Assembly (NCBI GenBank): GCA_002269645.1
Contig: NIVC01001967.1
Span: 153,418 to 217,417 of the forward strand
Direction of reading: 5' to 3'
DNA length: 64,000 nt
Source: Macrostomum lignano
Taxonomy: Eukaryota
Made by a program: the position numbers and the translations under genes. Each line of letters starts with the position of its first letter. Within the stretch, counting starts at the first letter, position 1. A model generated the notes under the pieces. That model made no database searches and was not told the DNA's origin. It saw nothing but the letters and a program-made list of their open reading frames with translations. This document shows, piece by piece, positions 1 to 12,287 of this stretch.

Positions 1-941
1 GACTGTTGTGAAGAAAGTGCAAGAGCTCCTGGATGATGATCGGTGACGGACTTGCGAAGAGTTGGCAGAAGACGTTGGTGTGTCAGTAGGAAGCGTCCAC
101 ACCATTCTGACGGAGCGTCTTCACCTGCAGAAAAAGTTTTGCAAGTGGGTGCCACACCTGCTGACAGGTGAGCAAAAGATGCAGCGAACTGTGGCTTCAA
201 GCAGCCACCTGCGTCGGTTCCATCGAGAAGGGGAGGATTTTCTATCAAGAATTGTAGCTGGAGACGAGACGTGGGTTTACAGCTGGGATCCTGAGACAAA
301 GGCCCAGTCTGCCGAATGGCTTCCAGCACATTCTCCAAGACCTCAGAAGGCCATCAGGAAGCAGGGCGCGATGAAGATCATGCACGTCATGTTTTTTGAT
401 TCCCAAGGAATCCTGCTGAACTGGGCAGTCCCACAAGGAACCACCGTCAATGGGGACTACTACAAGTGGATTCTGCAGGAGAAGCTGCGCCCAGCAATAC
501 GAAAGAAGCGCCCTGATCTGCTGGAATCTGGCATGATCCTGCTGCACGACAATGCGCCAGCACATCGCAAGCACAACGTCGTGGAACTCCTGAGCAAATG
601 GGGATGGGAAGTGCTCCAACATCCAGCCTATTCGCCTGATTTGTCGCCGTGCGACTTCTTCTTATTTCCATCTGTGAAGAAGCACCTTCGGGGCATTCGA
701 TTCGACAGCGTCGAGCACATCGAGGCTGCATGCAATCAAGCTGTTCGCCAAACGGACGCGAGTGGTGTGAGTTCCGGAATCAGAGGCCTGGTAAATCACT
801 AATAGAAGTGCAAAGACATTGGCCGTGAATATGTTGAGTGACCGAATCATGTTAAGCAATCTAACAGTGTTTTCATAGTTCCAGTTGTTTTGTGTTCAGT
901 TTTGTAGGGCACCGAAAAGAACTTTTTGAATACACCTCGTA
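1..941 (+). mobile_element. Tc1/mariner DNA transposon (mariner, DD34D), 5' part outside window, inactive
   Basis: Frame from base 2 has the motifs AGDETW, HDNAPAH and YSPDLSPCD, with exactly 34 residues between the 2nd and 3rd Asp. Right TIR 912-939 (reverse complement CGAGGTGTATTCAAAAAGTTC) is followed by TA at 940-941. Confidence 0.93.
2..840 (+). pseudogene. mariner transposase pseudogene
   Basis: In-frame stops at 44-46 (TGA in the DRR motif) and 800-805 (TAA TAG). The frame then resumes as KCKDIGREYVE, a typical mariner C-terminus, and stops at 838-840. Confidence 0.88.
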
Positions 942-2819
942 TATCTCAATTCTAGGCCTAATTCAAAGCTTAGTTTCAAAGAAAAAAATGGAAGACCAAA
1001 GAATTTTTTAGTATTGAGAATAGCTATATCAAAATAGAATTGCCTTGAAATAGTCACTTATAAATTCAAGACAGGATAAATCAAGCCAAGTTCCAAGGAC
1101 AATGTGAATTTTCTTTTAATTGATAGGCCATAGTCAGTCTATTTTTGTCATTGCACAAATTCAGTTTTCTGGTGTCATTGTGAGCACAATAATGTATTAT
1201 TTATATACATAGATTATTTGGGCTCTACTTTATAAGCTTAAGTTGATAGGCCCTTTGGGAAGCAGCCTTAATATACCAAATGTATATTTAATTTGTATAT
1301 GCAATTTTCTGAATACCAAATATATGACGATATCTAGGCCTATGTACACTATGTGTCTAATGCACTAAGAAATGTCATTTTTTACATTTAAAAACATGGT
1401 AGGCCTACAAAAAGAAAAACAAATCATACCATTTTTAAACTAAAATACAACATAAAGAATATATTACTAGCAATTACGAAACAACATTTTTTTAAAATGA
1501 AAATATATTAATGAAAAATATATATTTCATTTTTGTGGCATATGCTAATATTGTATATATGCACAGCACCAATGTATACATTGTAGCATCATTATATACA
1601 CTATATATACAATATATACACATGCATATCATATACAGCATATGCATGCCATATACACTGAATATACACTAAAAAATAGTGGCTAGGCCAATATAGACTG
1701 GAATTTTCAAGCAAAAAGGCCATTTTCTTGACTAGGCCTATCATGGTTGATAGGCCTTTTTTACCTAAATCGTATAGAATAGGTCAATATTTGTTAGAAA
1801 CCTTAGTTCTAAAAGTATGCAAAAAATTATATTTGTTTTAATTTGCAAAATATTTTTAATATTTAAGGTTTGGTTAAATATATGCAATCAGCATAGTAGA
1901 AATAGGAGCAAGGTTTAAGGAGAGAAGAGAAACTTGTGTTTTCACTCATTTGTTAGTTATAAGCTCAAAATGTGTTCAATAAACTCATTCTCAAATCTTC
2001 AAAGCATTAATCATTTTACCAGTAAGAGATTCTAAGAGTGTTGTAAAGAAACTTGCTAGAAGGTTGAAAGAAGTTGGGAACTCATGCATAGGGAGTACTA
2101 AGAGTAAGCGCCATGACTCTCTAGTCTCTAATCTCAATAATGCCCAGACAGGAAACAAAGTATATATATCAATAAGACCACTTAGGCCACATAGTATAAA
2201 AATGCTACCAGAATGCTATTAAGAACATTACTAGATTCTAGAATGCTACCGAAATATTACTACAAATTAGAATTAATAGGACAATAGGATTTAATACAAC
2301 TTGGCAACATAACAATGGAATTAATTATAGAATAGAAGTTTCCTCTATGACAACTTTGGTGGCAACTTATAGGATATTTAAATAGACAAAGGAAATATGC
2401 CTACTACAATCAAAAATATTAAATAGTCAAAGTTGAGAATCTGCAAAAAGAAGCTACAAATTACAACAACAAGAATTGGCCTATATATAGCAAGATCTAA
2501 TCTTATCACCAACTTATTAATATCTTGAAATTTTGTTTTTTGATTTTTTGATTTTGATTTTTTTGATCAAAAATTTTTTGAAATAGGCCTTGAAATAGGA
2601 AATATCTTTTTGTTAGTTTCATGATTAAATTAGGCCTAGGCCTAAATAAATTATAAGCTAGACCTAAAATAAACTTTTTTGTTTCTATCAAAATTCTCTA
2701 AGAATTTTTTTAATTGATAAGACGTCTAGTTGCAAAAATAACATTTTTGTAACTTTGTCATAAAAATTTTACACTGTCTGTGACAAGCAATCTTACAAAG
2801 TGATCTTGAATAGGCCTAT

Positions 2820-3516
2820 GGTGTGTGGTAATTTCGTCTGCCACCTTTTCATCTGCCGGCAGACAGAATGACTTTTTTTTAAAAGTTAAGGTATAGCTAC
2901 ATAGCTAGCAAAGCTTATTTTTCACAATTAAATATTGCGAGTCATGCAAAAAAAGTTAAAAAGGGCTGTCAGTTTTTCTAAGCATAGGCCTAATTTTCTT
3001 TATTTCAATATTTTAAAGAAATATGATATAATGATATCAATTTTAAACATCCATTGAAAAAAGAAATTATTATGGATGGATGGATGGATGGAGCTGCAAT
3101 CACAAATATTGAAGGCCGAGACAGAGTTTGCTGTTGAATATGATCAGCCAGCTGTTATGAGCATTGTGGCCATTGTTATGACACCATCCAATGCTGATTC
3201 ATTTTCATTATGAACAATTATATTCAGCTGACAAAATTCATATAACAAACAAAAAGTTTGGCCTAGTGTAGGCCTACATGTAGGCCTATACTATGGGTCC
3301 CTTAGGATTTTTTAAATCGTACGCTTGTGCTTCTAACGTAATGAATTCGTTATCTTCACTATAAGTACTTTTTTAAGATATACAGATAGTAATTATATAT
3401 GTACTGTGGTGTCGTAATATGTCTTAATATTTTGTTGCAGACGAAATGACTGCATCGTATTTTTGCAGACGAAAGAATGGCAGACGAACTGGCAGCAGAC
3501 GAAACGACCGTCGACC
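2820..3516. mobile_element. MITE-like non-autonomous DNA element with imperfect TIRs and 8-bp TSD
   Basis: Left end GGTGTGTGGTAATTTCGTCTGC matches the reverse complement of the right end, GGTCGACGGTCGTTTCGTCTGC, at 16/22 positions. Subterminal GCAGACGAA repeats are present. AGGCCTAT flanks both sides (2812-2819 and 3517-3524). Confidence 0.65.
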
Positions 3517-3939
3517 AGGCCTATGGCTACCACTGAGAAATGATATTTTTGGCCTTCATTGTGATTTATGAAAAGAATTATTTTAATCTAATTATTCTTA
3601 GATTAAGGAAATTAATATCTGACTCAGATATTGTTTTTGAAAACTCTGAAAAATTTTATCGCACAAAAAAAAAAAAAAACTGTAGGACGGGAAACAGATA
3701 ATTTCCTTGCATTTACACATCTGATGGAATTTTTTATTAGATACGTTTGTTATACGAGTTTTGTAAACAATCATTTTTAATATATGAAGTTTCTACAAAA
3801 TAATTAATACTCATTTTATATTCCACTAAGAATTGTTTAGGCATAGTGCATCGGCTTCAGCCTTCCGCTTCCTTTACAAACTACTTTAAATTTCCCCTTC
3901 TATCAGTTCGCATTAGGCTAATCTGCTTCCCTTTTGAGA

Positions 3940-4039
3940 ATGTTAAACGGCGTTTTAAAATCAGTTCAATTGGTTGGCAGCGCTTCTCGCGCTCGCCTTT
4001 GTTCTGCGCCTACAGAACTTGTTGGTGGAATTTCATTTA
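3940..4039 (+). CDS. ACADM: medium-chain acyl-CoA dehydrogenase, exon 1 (mitochondrial targeting peptide)
   Basis: ATG at 3940 reads MLNGVLKSVQLVGSASRARLCSAPTELVGGISF+A, followed by a GTAAGC donor at 4040. The phase-1 join to exon 2 gives GGISFKLSEEQQ, matching the MCAD N-terminal pattern (GFSFE.TEQQ). Confidence 0.75.
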
Positions 4040-4652
4040 GTAAGCGTTATATACTCGTATTTTTATATTAGTGCCTGTCTGAGAGCTTACATGATTAGGC
4101 TCTTATTGTATTGATTACATATGCTTCTGTAAACTTTAATAAGTTTACATATTATAAGTCTAACTCTAGTCTAACTGTCTAAATGTATTGTGTATATAAT
4201 TGAAGAAAAATTGTATGCTAGATGATAGGTGCGATTTTCTAAGCTAAGCCAAGATCGAACTCCTTTAAAATTAAGATTGATTCGAATTTTACGCTGCTGC
4301 AATAGGAATTATAACCCATATTAACTTAATAGTAAAGTTTCTAAGATTTTGAAATCTCTATTCTAACCATTGCATTACCTAGCTGTTTATATATAAAATA
4401 GCTCGTGCTTAAGTGAATTGATCTTTGGTACACTCGAAGGTTGTCAAGCCTCGATGCTAATTGATTTTTAACCTTTATAATATTATCTGAAAAGAAGGAA
4501 AAGGATTAGCTATATTGTCTCAATGTGTCATGCATGTGTGCTCTGAAACATTGTTGAAGCAATGTGTCAGTTTGTGAAATACAGTATTTTTTCATGTCTG
4601 CCTCGTGAAACTATCACCTGTCTAAGTATTCTCAACCAACCAAAATTTGTAG

Positions 4653-5809
4653 AGCTTTCTGAAGAACAGCAGTCCTTGCAGGAGCTGGCGCGAAAGTTTA
4701 CTGCAGATGAAATTCTACCAGTGGCGGCACAGTACGATGTCTCTGGCGAGTATCCATGGCCAGTAATTCGCAAGGCACACTCACTTGGCCTGATGAATCT
4801 TAGTCTGCCCAAGTGGCTCGGCGGGCTTGAATTGGGTGTCTTTGATGATTGCCTAGCTACTGAGGAATTTTCTTTCGGTTGCTCTGGAATTCAGACTGCC
4901 ATTCTGGGCAATGGACTGGGCGCCAGCCCTTTGCTCATGTTTGGCACTAAAGAACAGCAGAAAGAGTACCTTGGGAGGCTTATAGATGAGCCATTGATGT
5001 GCGCCTATGCTGTCACTGAGCCTGGCGCTGGCAGCGATGTAGCTGGGGTTAAAACTACAGCTGTGCGCAAAGGCGATGATTGGGTGATCAATGGCCAAAA
5101 GATGTGGATCACCAATGGCGGAGTGGCTAATTGGTATTTTGTCCTAGCCAGAAGCGACCCCGACCCGAAGACTCCAGCTGGCAAAGCTTTCACCGGCTTC
5201 GTCGTCGACCGAGACACTCCCGGTGTGAATCCCGGCCGCAAGGAGGACAACCTTGGCCAGCGGGCCTCAGACACTCGCGGAATCACTTTCGAGGATGTGG
5301 TGGTCCCAGCCAAAAATGTCCTTGGCACGCCAGGCATGGGTTTCAAGATCGCCATGGGTGCTTTCGATAAGACTCGCGCTCCAGTTGGTGCCGGCGCCGT
5401 GGGTATTGCGAAGCGCGCTCTGCATGAAGCTACGCAATATGCCATGCAGCGCAAGACCATGGGAGTGCCCATCGCCCAGCACCAGGCTGTGGCTTTTCTG
5501 CTCGCGGACATGGCCATCGGGCTGGAGACGGCTCGACTCGCTGTGTGGCGCGCGGCCTACGAGGCCGACTGCGGCCGGCGCAACACCTACTATGCCAGCG
5601 TGGCAAAAGCGTTCGCCTCCGACGTGGCTAACAAGTCTGCCTCCGATGCTGTGCAGGTGTTCGGCGGCAACGGCTACAACAAGGAGTACCCGGTTGAGAA
5701 GCTCATGCGCGATGCTAAGATCTTCCAGATCTATGAGGGCACTTCACAGATTCAGCGCCTCATCATCAGCAGAGAACTGCTTGCAGCCGCCATGTCTGTG
5801 AAGAGCTGA
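4653..5809 (+). CDS. ACADM: medium-chain acyl-CoA dehydrogenase, exon 2 (whole catalytic region)
   Basis: Acceptor TTTGTAG ends at 4652. The exon contains [61 protein letters not shown] and the catalytic [10 protein letters not shown], and stops at TGA 5807-5809. Confidence 0.95.
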
Positions 5810-7809
5810 AGGCCTGCCGCGAGGCTTACGAGCTACAAAGGTGCCATTTTGAATAATGTGGCATCTGATTAGTGTCGGGTGATTGCGTATCTGAAATATC
5901 TAATTACGTTTCCGAACTACAAACTTATGCCCAGCTATATGTTTCTGATCGTGTCTATGATACTGATGGTGTGATTCGGTCACATCGCATGGAATGTATC
6001 GAATTTTTAAAACTGATTCGACTTTAACGCTGTAGGTTTCTTATCGTAGAGCTTCTTTGGGCTCTTTTCTTTTGGCTGTAGCTTTTTGTCTGCAAATTGA
6101 AAAATCTATTAAAATCTAGATGTATAACATTGCTTGCTATAAAGCAAGTGTATGTGGGCTATAAAGTGTTTGTTAATTGTAATACAAGCTTACATTTGAA
6201 TGGTAATATTCCACAAATTGATATTAATGATGCCTAGCTAACTACTCGCAACTCAAGCCTATGCATACAGACGTCTTCGGAAGTTTTCTGTCTGTGCGAT
6301 CTTGGCTAGCGATTTTGGTGCTTTTGATATTCCTATTCGCAATCGCTGTACATGCCCTGGTCTGCCGACTCTACAGACGTGTTATCAAACAGTTTTGATA
6401 GTAAAATGACCAATATTATCACGTGACGGCGTATAGTAAATGTTTTCATGTTGCTTTGATTACGAGTTAATAAATTTTGCTATACTTTTATTAACCCTCC
6501 CTCCTTCACACCGCCATTGATTGAGCTAATTTTGTACACAGCCATTTTTCATCGTTCTGCACATAATTCGTGTGAATCGAAAGCTTCACTAGAATGCTTT
6601 TAGTGAGAAAAGTATGCCCAGAAGTCACTGCATAGTGACAAAAGCTTCTATCACATTAACCCTTGACGGTCATGCCTCTATGCTGCAGTGTAAGAAACTG
6701 CCGTCAAAAATCTAATTGCATATACAGGTGCTCGATTTAAAGTGAACTGCAGCTTGACAAAATCCGATCTTAAAGGAAAAAAGGCTCACCAAATCTTAAT
6801 TTGCAGTTGCAGGAGCGCTCAAAGTTCAAAGGTTATAACTGTTAGATTAGATATGAAAGAACTTTCCAGTACGACTTATGTGCATGGTATAGAAAACGGC
6901 ATGCTGCTTATCGAATCACTATCGAACCATTAAAGCAATAAATTTTGGAGAATTCTGTCTGCATGCATATTATATGCACAATATAACATATATGCACATC
7001 ATGCCCGCGATCATACAGTACTTGTGGCAGGTATGGACAGATAGGATTGGCAATCTCTGAGCGATTTCTTCAGCAGTCATTCTGGGGGCGTGTGGATCGT
7101 ACACATTTACTTTTGCCAACAGCGGGGATCTAGGCCTCTCATTTAACCACTTCTGCCCCTCAAGCCTGTGGGTGCACTCACTCTGAGAAAACCCGTTGGC
7201 TGCAGAGCAGCCATAGATATCTGCGTCTTCCCACAAGCAGCCACAGCATTCACTCTTTGAAAACCCACTGGCTACAGAGAAGCCCATACATGTAGATTCA
7301 CTAAATTAGGTGTGTGAAAATAAGTGCTATTTCTTTAATGGCTGCTCTGCAACAACAGTGGATTTTCGCAGAGTGAGTTGCAGGGTGCCGCTGGTCCTGG
7401 CCACAGACAACTGTGGCGGCGGGCATTCCGCGGATGGCAGATGGCTGCAGAGCAGCCAGCGGCTTTGAGGGTGTTAACTGCACTATACTTTGACGCCTCT
7501 GACGTAAATTTTTGCACCTTGACACTCACGTTGCAGTGCATGGCGCCTCTCACTAACATATTCTGCACCCTGACACTGGTTTGTCACCTCCAACTTATAC
7601 ATTCCTACATGTACACCCAAGTGACACTCACGTTGGAACCTGCTGTGACGAAATTATGCACCACTTGATACTCATTTTGGCATCTCTGACTTACATTCTG
7701 CAACCTGACACTCATGCATTTTGGCATCTCTGACTTACATTCCGCACCCTGACACTCGCATTGGCACCTCATTGGCACTGCCATTGGCACTTCGCACTGC
7801 ATTGGCAAG

Positions 7810-9092
7810 TAAATGCCGCGACCTTTACGTGGTCAGGACAACGGTGAGCCGCACTTAACTGCTGCGGCGGCCAGAAGCGGCAGGACCAAGCGAGGGCAAC
7901 AAAGCGAGGGCAGCAAAGCGAGCGTCGGCGTGTTGGGCGTCGGCTGCTACTGCGCTGGCCTATACGGATCTTCTGGGTGGCGCTATAAGGGCCAAGAGGC
8001 ATATCGATCCCCAGCCTACCACAGGGCATGCTTTGGGTCGGGACGCGAGGACGTTGAACTGCCGCACGCTCAAGGGTGCCTGGCGAAGCAAAGCTGGCCA
8101 GAGCCCGACCTAAGCTGTGATGTCATCGCACTGCAGGAGGTGTCTAAGGCTGATCCGGGGCTATCGCGGTTGCAGCCGTGCTGGATCCGTACCTGCGTCC
8201 TGAGCAGAATGGCTTTCGGCCTCGTCGCGGCATACTGGCGCAGATCCTAGCTCTTCACCGAGTCATCGAAGAGGCGCGGACACGCCAATTGATCCTAATT
8301 GTTATCGTAATTGATTTCAAGAAGGCATTCGACTCTGTCGTCAGGTCTGTGCTTCCAAAGGTGCTCCGTGCGTACAACGTGCCAGAGCAGCTGATTTCCG
8401 CCATCATGTCGATGTACCGTGATGCGAAAGCTGCTGTTTCAAAATCGGACGGCCTATCGGACTTCTTTGAGATATACTCTGGGGTGCTTCAGGGAGATAC
8501 ACAGCTTGCGCCGTTCCCGTTCGTTATGGTGCTTGACTGGGTGCTGCGGACCGCTCTTCCTACCAACGACGACGCCTTTCTGTTGCGGCGACGCGTGGGT
8601 CGACGCCAACCGGAGAGGCGGCTCAGCGTTCTTGGCTACGCCGACGATCTCGCCTCGCTGTCCTCAACTGTCGAAGGAGCACAGCGACAACACGACCGCA
8701 ACATGATTGCGGCGAGTGCCGGCCTGGTGGTCAACACGCGAAGACCGTCGGGCTCTGCGTGTCGGACGACATCAAGGCTGTAATTTTCTGCCGAGGCGCT
8801 GACGGGCAGGTGACTAGACTTCCGAGTCTGTCTAAACAACCTGTTGCGTCGTCGGTGACTCCAGCTGGCAGGCCACATCATCCGCACCGAGACGTACTGC
8901 CCATGAGGTGCTGCTGCCAACGCTGCAGGCACCCCACCGGCGGGGGCAGGCGCGCACTCGACGTTTCGTCGACTGACTGCCAGCAGACGCCGACGCCCGT
9001 GGATTCGGCCGGCGGCGTTGCGTTCGTTCTCGACCTTGCTCTGAAGCTCGCCCTGTGACGCTGACCGCGTATTTTGTTGTTGTTGCTGTTGC
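7810..9092 (+). mobile_element. non-LTR retrotransposon (RTE-like), internally deleted and degenerate
   Basis: APE motif DVIALQEV at ~8119-8142. RT motifs EQNGFRP, DFKKAFDS, GVLQGD and YADD at 8178-8650. RTE-type C-terminal LAGHIIR near 8865-8890. (GTT)n tail at ~9075-9092. The 5' limit is approximate. Confidence 0.85.
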
Positions 9093-9575
9093 ATTACATG
9101 TTTTAAACACTAATAAAAATATTAAGAAAAAAAGCCAACATCAGAAACTTACCAACAGTAGAAAAGAGCCACGTTTTGCATGTACCAATGCATACTATAG
9201 TGCATGTCATTCTGAAAGCTGTATATATTAAATTAGTTGTACGAGCGTACATGTAATTACTTGAATAATATTAAAGCACAACAATACGGATAAACAAAAC
9301 CACACGTACCTTGTTCCTTGGGTAGCTGTGAGCACAGACAGTTTTGATCCGGAGCAGGTAATAGGAGATGGGGGTTGTCTGGAAGTGAGAATTCATGGTA
9401 ATGGGCATAGACACGAGCGGCGATAGCTAACTTGATTGTTCAATTTGTTCATCAGGATCCGAGTGGGAAGGGGGAATGGGGGTGTGGGGGCGAAGCCCCC
9501 CCCCTTACAGCCATAGACAATTTTATCCCGATATCCTGGTAAATTGCTTTATTGTCAATTTCAAACAATGGTAGA

Positions 9576-9682
9576 TTGTATAGTATGCAACTTCGTTGAA
9601 TAATGGCCTTAGACACTCGTGCGCTACGTGCTACGCGCACTCGAGTTTTGGCCATTATTCAACTCAGTTGCATACTATACAA
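9576..9682. repeat. ~107-bp imperfect palindrome (hairpin)
   Basis: Arms TTGTATAGTATGCAACT...TTGAATAATGGCC and GGCCATTATTCAA...AGTTGCATACTATACAA are reverse complements, and there is an inner GTGCGC/GCGCAC stem. Confidence 0.9.
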
Positions 9683-11747
9683 GTGCATTGTATTTATACT
9701 TTCACTCAGCGCTCAGTCATTATTCCACACTTTTGCGGCCATTATTCCACACTTTTTATCATGCTTCAATTGGCTGTTTTAAGAGTTGTTTTACCCATAG
9801 ACGACTGAGTTGTGTGGCTTAGTTTGACCATAGACAACACTGTGATGAGTGCTGATTTTGCTTGCGTCTTGCAAGAAATCAGGAAAGCGAGTAGTGGGAG
9901 AAAAAGCTATTTGTCTTGTCAAACAACTATGGCTATAGTGCATCTCGTCAAACAGCCGCGCTTATTAATTGAAAAAATCTTCCTGTCGACGACTGAACGA
10001 ACCGTGCGGCGCTACCTAGGAAGAAAACGCGATCATGCAGTCTTCAACGCCTCGACGGCTACGAGTATAAACGATGCCTGAAAACGGCCAATCGATTCAG
10101 TCGAGCAGCCGACAGTCCCAAAGAATCCCAGCTTGGATGTACCAAAGAAGCTCATCAGACGAAGCTCATCAGTCGCATGCCAACTTAACCAAGACGTGCA
10201 TCTTTCAAATGGTAAGTTCGGCAACTATACTTGAGCACCTGTATTTCTCTTTCATAGAAAACATTCAACATAGACCAACTCCTTTTGCAGTGCCAAATCA
10301 TCAGGCTAAAGTGTCGAGCATCTTTGGAAACTGCGGCTTTGAGAACTATGCATGTTTCACTTTGGGTGACAAATTGATTTTTACATTGTCAAATTTCGAC
10401 TACAAACTGATGAACTGCACTAGCTGTGACATTTATTATTAACTCTTTTCGTGTAGCTGGTACTTTAGTTTTAATGATTTTTCCTTTTTGTTCATTTACT
10501 TCTTGTTGTTCTGTATTTATTAACAAAAATACTGAGCGATGGATTTTTTCTATCCAAATGTCTATGGTACACATCAAAACTGTGGAATAATGGCCAAAAT
10601 ATTTTTTCATTGCGTCTGGGTAAAAGTCTAATTACAATGACCGGTCATTGCTCGAATGTCGTTGCCTTAACCTAAATTACCATAGACATTTAGAACATTA
10701 TATGTCCCTCAGCTACTGAACTGAGGAACATAGACTTAAAGCTACTGTGGTCAGCTAAAATATTTTTTCTAACTTTTTCGGGGCAAATTCTTAACATTTT
10801 TTGAATAGAGTGGCCCATCCAGGGCCACTAGATACTACATGTATCCATGCCCGAGGCTGCTCCTCGGCCTAGAAACCAGTCTTTATCATAGAAGTAAATA
10901 AACGTTAATAACTTATTACTGCCAATAGCTCGTACTAAGATAATACTAATTCATTTTTCAGTCTGTTGTACTTGGATCAGGTAAAGAAAAAAGTACAATT
11001 ATAGAGGGAAATAAAGGACTACTCAAGTATTGCGACGGAAAGCAACATTTCTTGGAAAAATTTACGAGGCAGGTTTTACCAAAAAATACATTGCGGAGAG
11101 GTTTCCATTTTTTCAACGCAAAAATTGTTATTGCGTTAGGATTCTATGTTAATTTTACATCCCGTAGTTTCCCGTCCTTCTACTTGAGTAGTCCTTGGGA
11201 AAAATTGTTGGGTCCATTTCTACTCAACAGCTAGATTAATATTATTAACTGGTATGCATGTATGCTTGCTGTCTGATGGCTTCCGAATTTAAAATGCTCT
11301 AGAGATTTTCGGATATGAGCTACGAAGCGTGCTAGCAATTAAATTGATGTCAGCTGCGTGAGCCATGATTAATCATTTTATTAGCAGTAGTGCTCTTCTT
11401 GCGTACATAATCCCACAGCACCAAAATTAATCAGTCCAGTGGCTCGATTTGTATGGATTTTTGGTATGAGTGATTAATAACATATTTGCATGCTTATCTG
11501 CTGCCGTTTAAGCGAATTTAATTTAAGTCATGGCTTTTTTCCGACTTACTGCTGGAGAGTACTTTATTGCTGTGCTCATGACATCCGATCGCATGTGGAA
11601 CATTCTTGTCCCGCAGATTCCCAACCAATCAGACACCGAAAGCAGCCTATTGGCCCCTGGCATTTCATTTTATTCAGCCAAATGCGTGCAGGTGGCACTG
11701 GAAGCTGGAAACTTGCGATTCTATTGAACTTTCAGTGAAAGCATCTG

Positions 11748-12287
11748 ATGGACATGGACACGAATTCAGCATCAATATCGGAGCTGGACCCTGCAGGCTC
11801 GGAGGCGTCAATGAATGACGGGTGCCTTCAGCAGCTGCAGGCCAGCATGGGGCTGAATCCGGCCGATCCCACTCCCATGATCAACTACTTTCGGTGCGCC
11901 AACAAGACCGACTTTGTTGAGGCGATTCGCCTGGCTTACAGGTCCCTGCAGGACAGCCGAAGAAGCGAGCTCCCCCTGATCCAGGCGATCATTTCTGTCT
12001 ACGCCGTGTTCATGGCTTTCGGCGTCGTTGGCAACGGTTTGGTGATTTATGCTGTGGCCGCTAACAGGCACATGCGGACACCCAGGAACCTGTACATCGT
12101 GAACCTGGCCATCTCCGACCTCATTCTGTGCGCATTCACGCAGCCGTTGAACATAGTCCGACTGTTCCAGAGATACCGCAGCTGGGAGTTCGGGCTGTTT
12201 CTCTGCAAGACGGTCAACACGGTCACTGGAGTCAATGTATTCCTGTCAACATACGCCATCACTGCCATCGCCTTGGACAGGTTTCAG
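11748..12287 (+). CDS. class A GPCR, NPY/NPF-receptor-like, exon 1 (TM1-TM3)
   Basis: Motifs GVVGNGLVIYAV, MRTPRNLYIVNLAISDLILC, W.FG..LCK and AIALDRFQ. Phase-0 donor CAG|GTTGGT at 12287/12288. Confidence 0.9.

Noticed and set aside
62-802. Intact active mariner transposase
   Set aside because: In-frame stops at 44-46 and 800-805 bracket the ORF.
4562-4652. ORF-track N-terminus of ACADM (MCQFVKYS...)
   Set aside because: It is intronic read-through. The upstream exon 3940-4039 supplies a targeting peptide with matching splice phase.
4567-5801. Antisense and alternative-frame ORFs over ACADM (also over the Gypsy pol and the GPCR)
   Set aside because: They are shadow ORFs of GC-rich coding sequence with no independent motifs.
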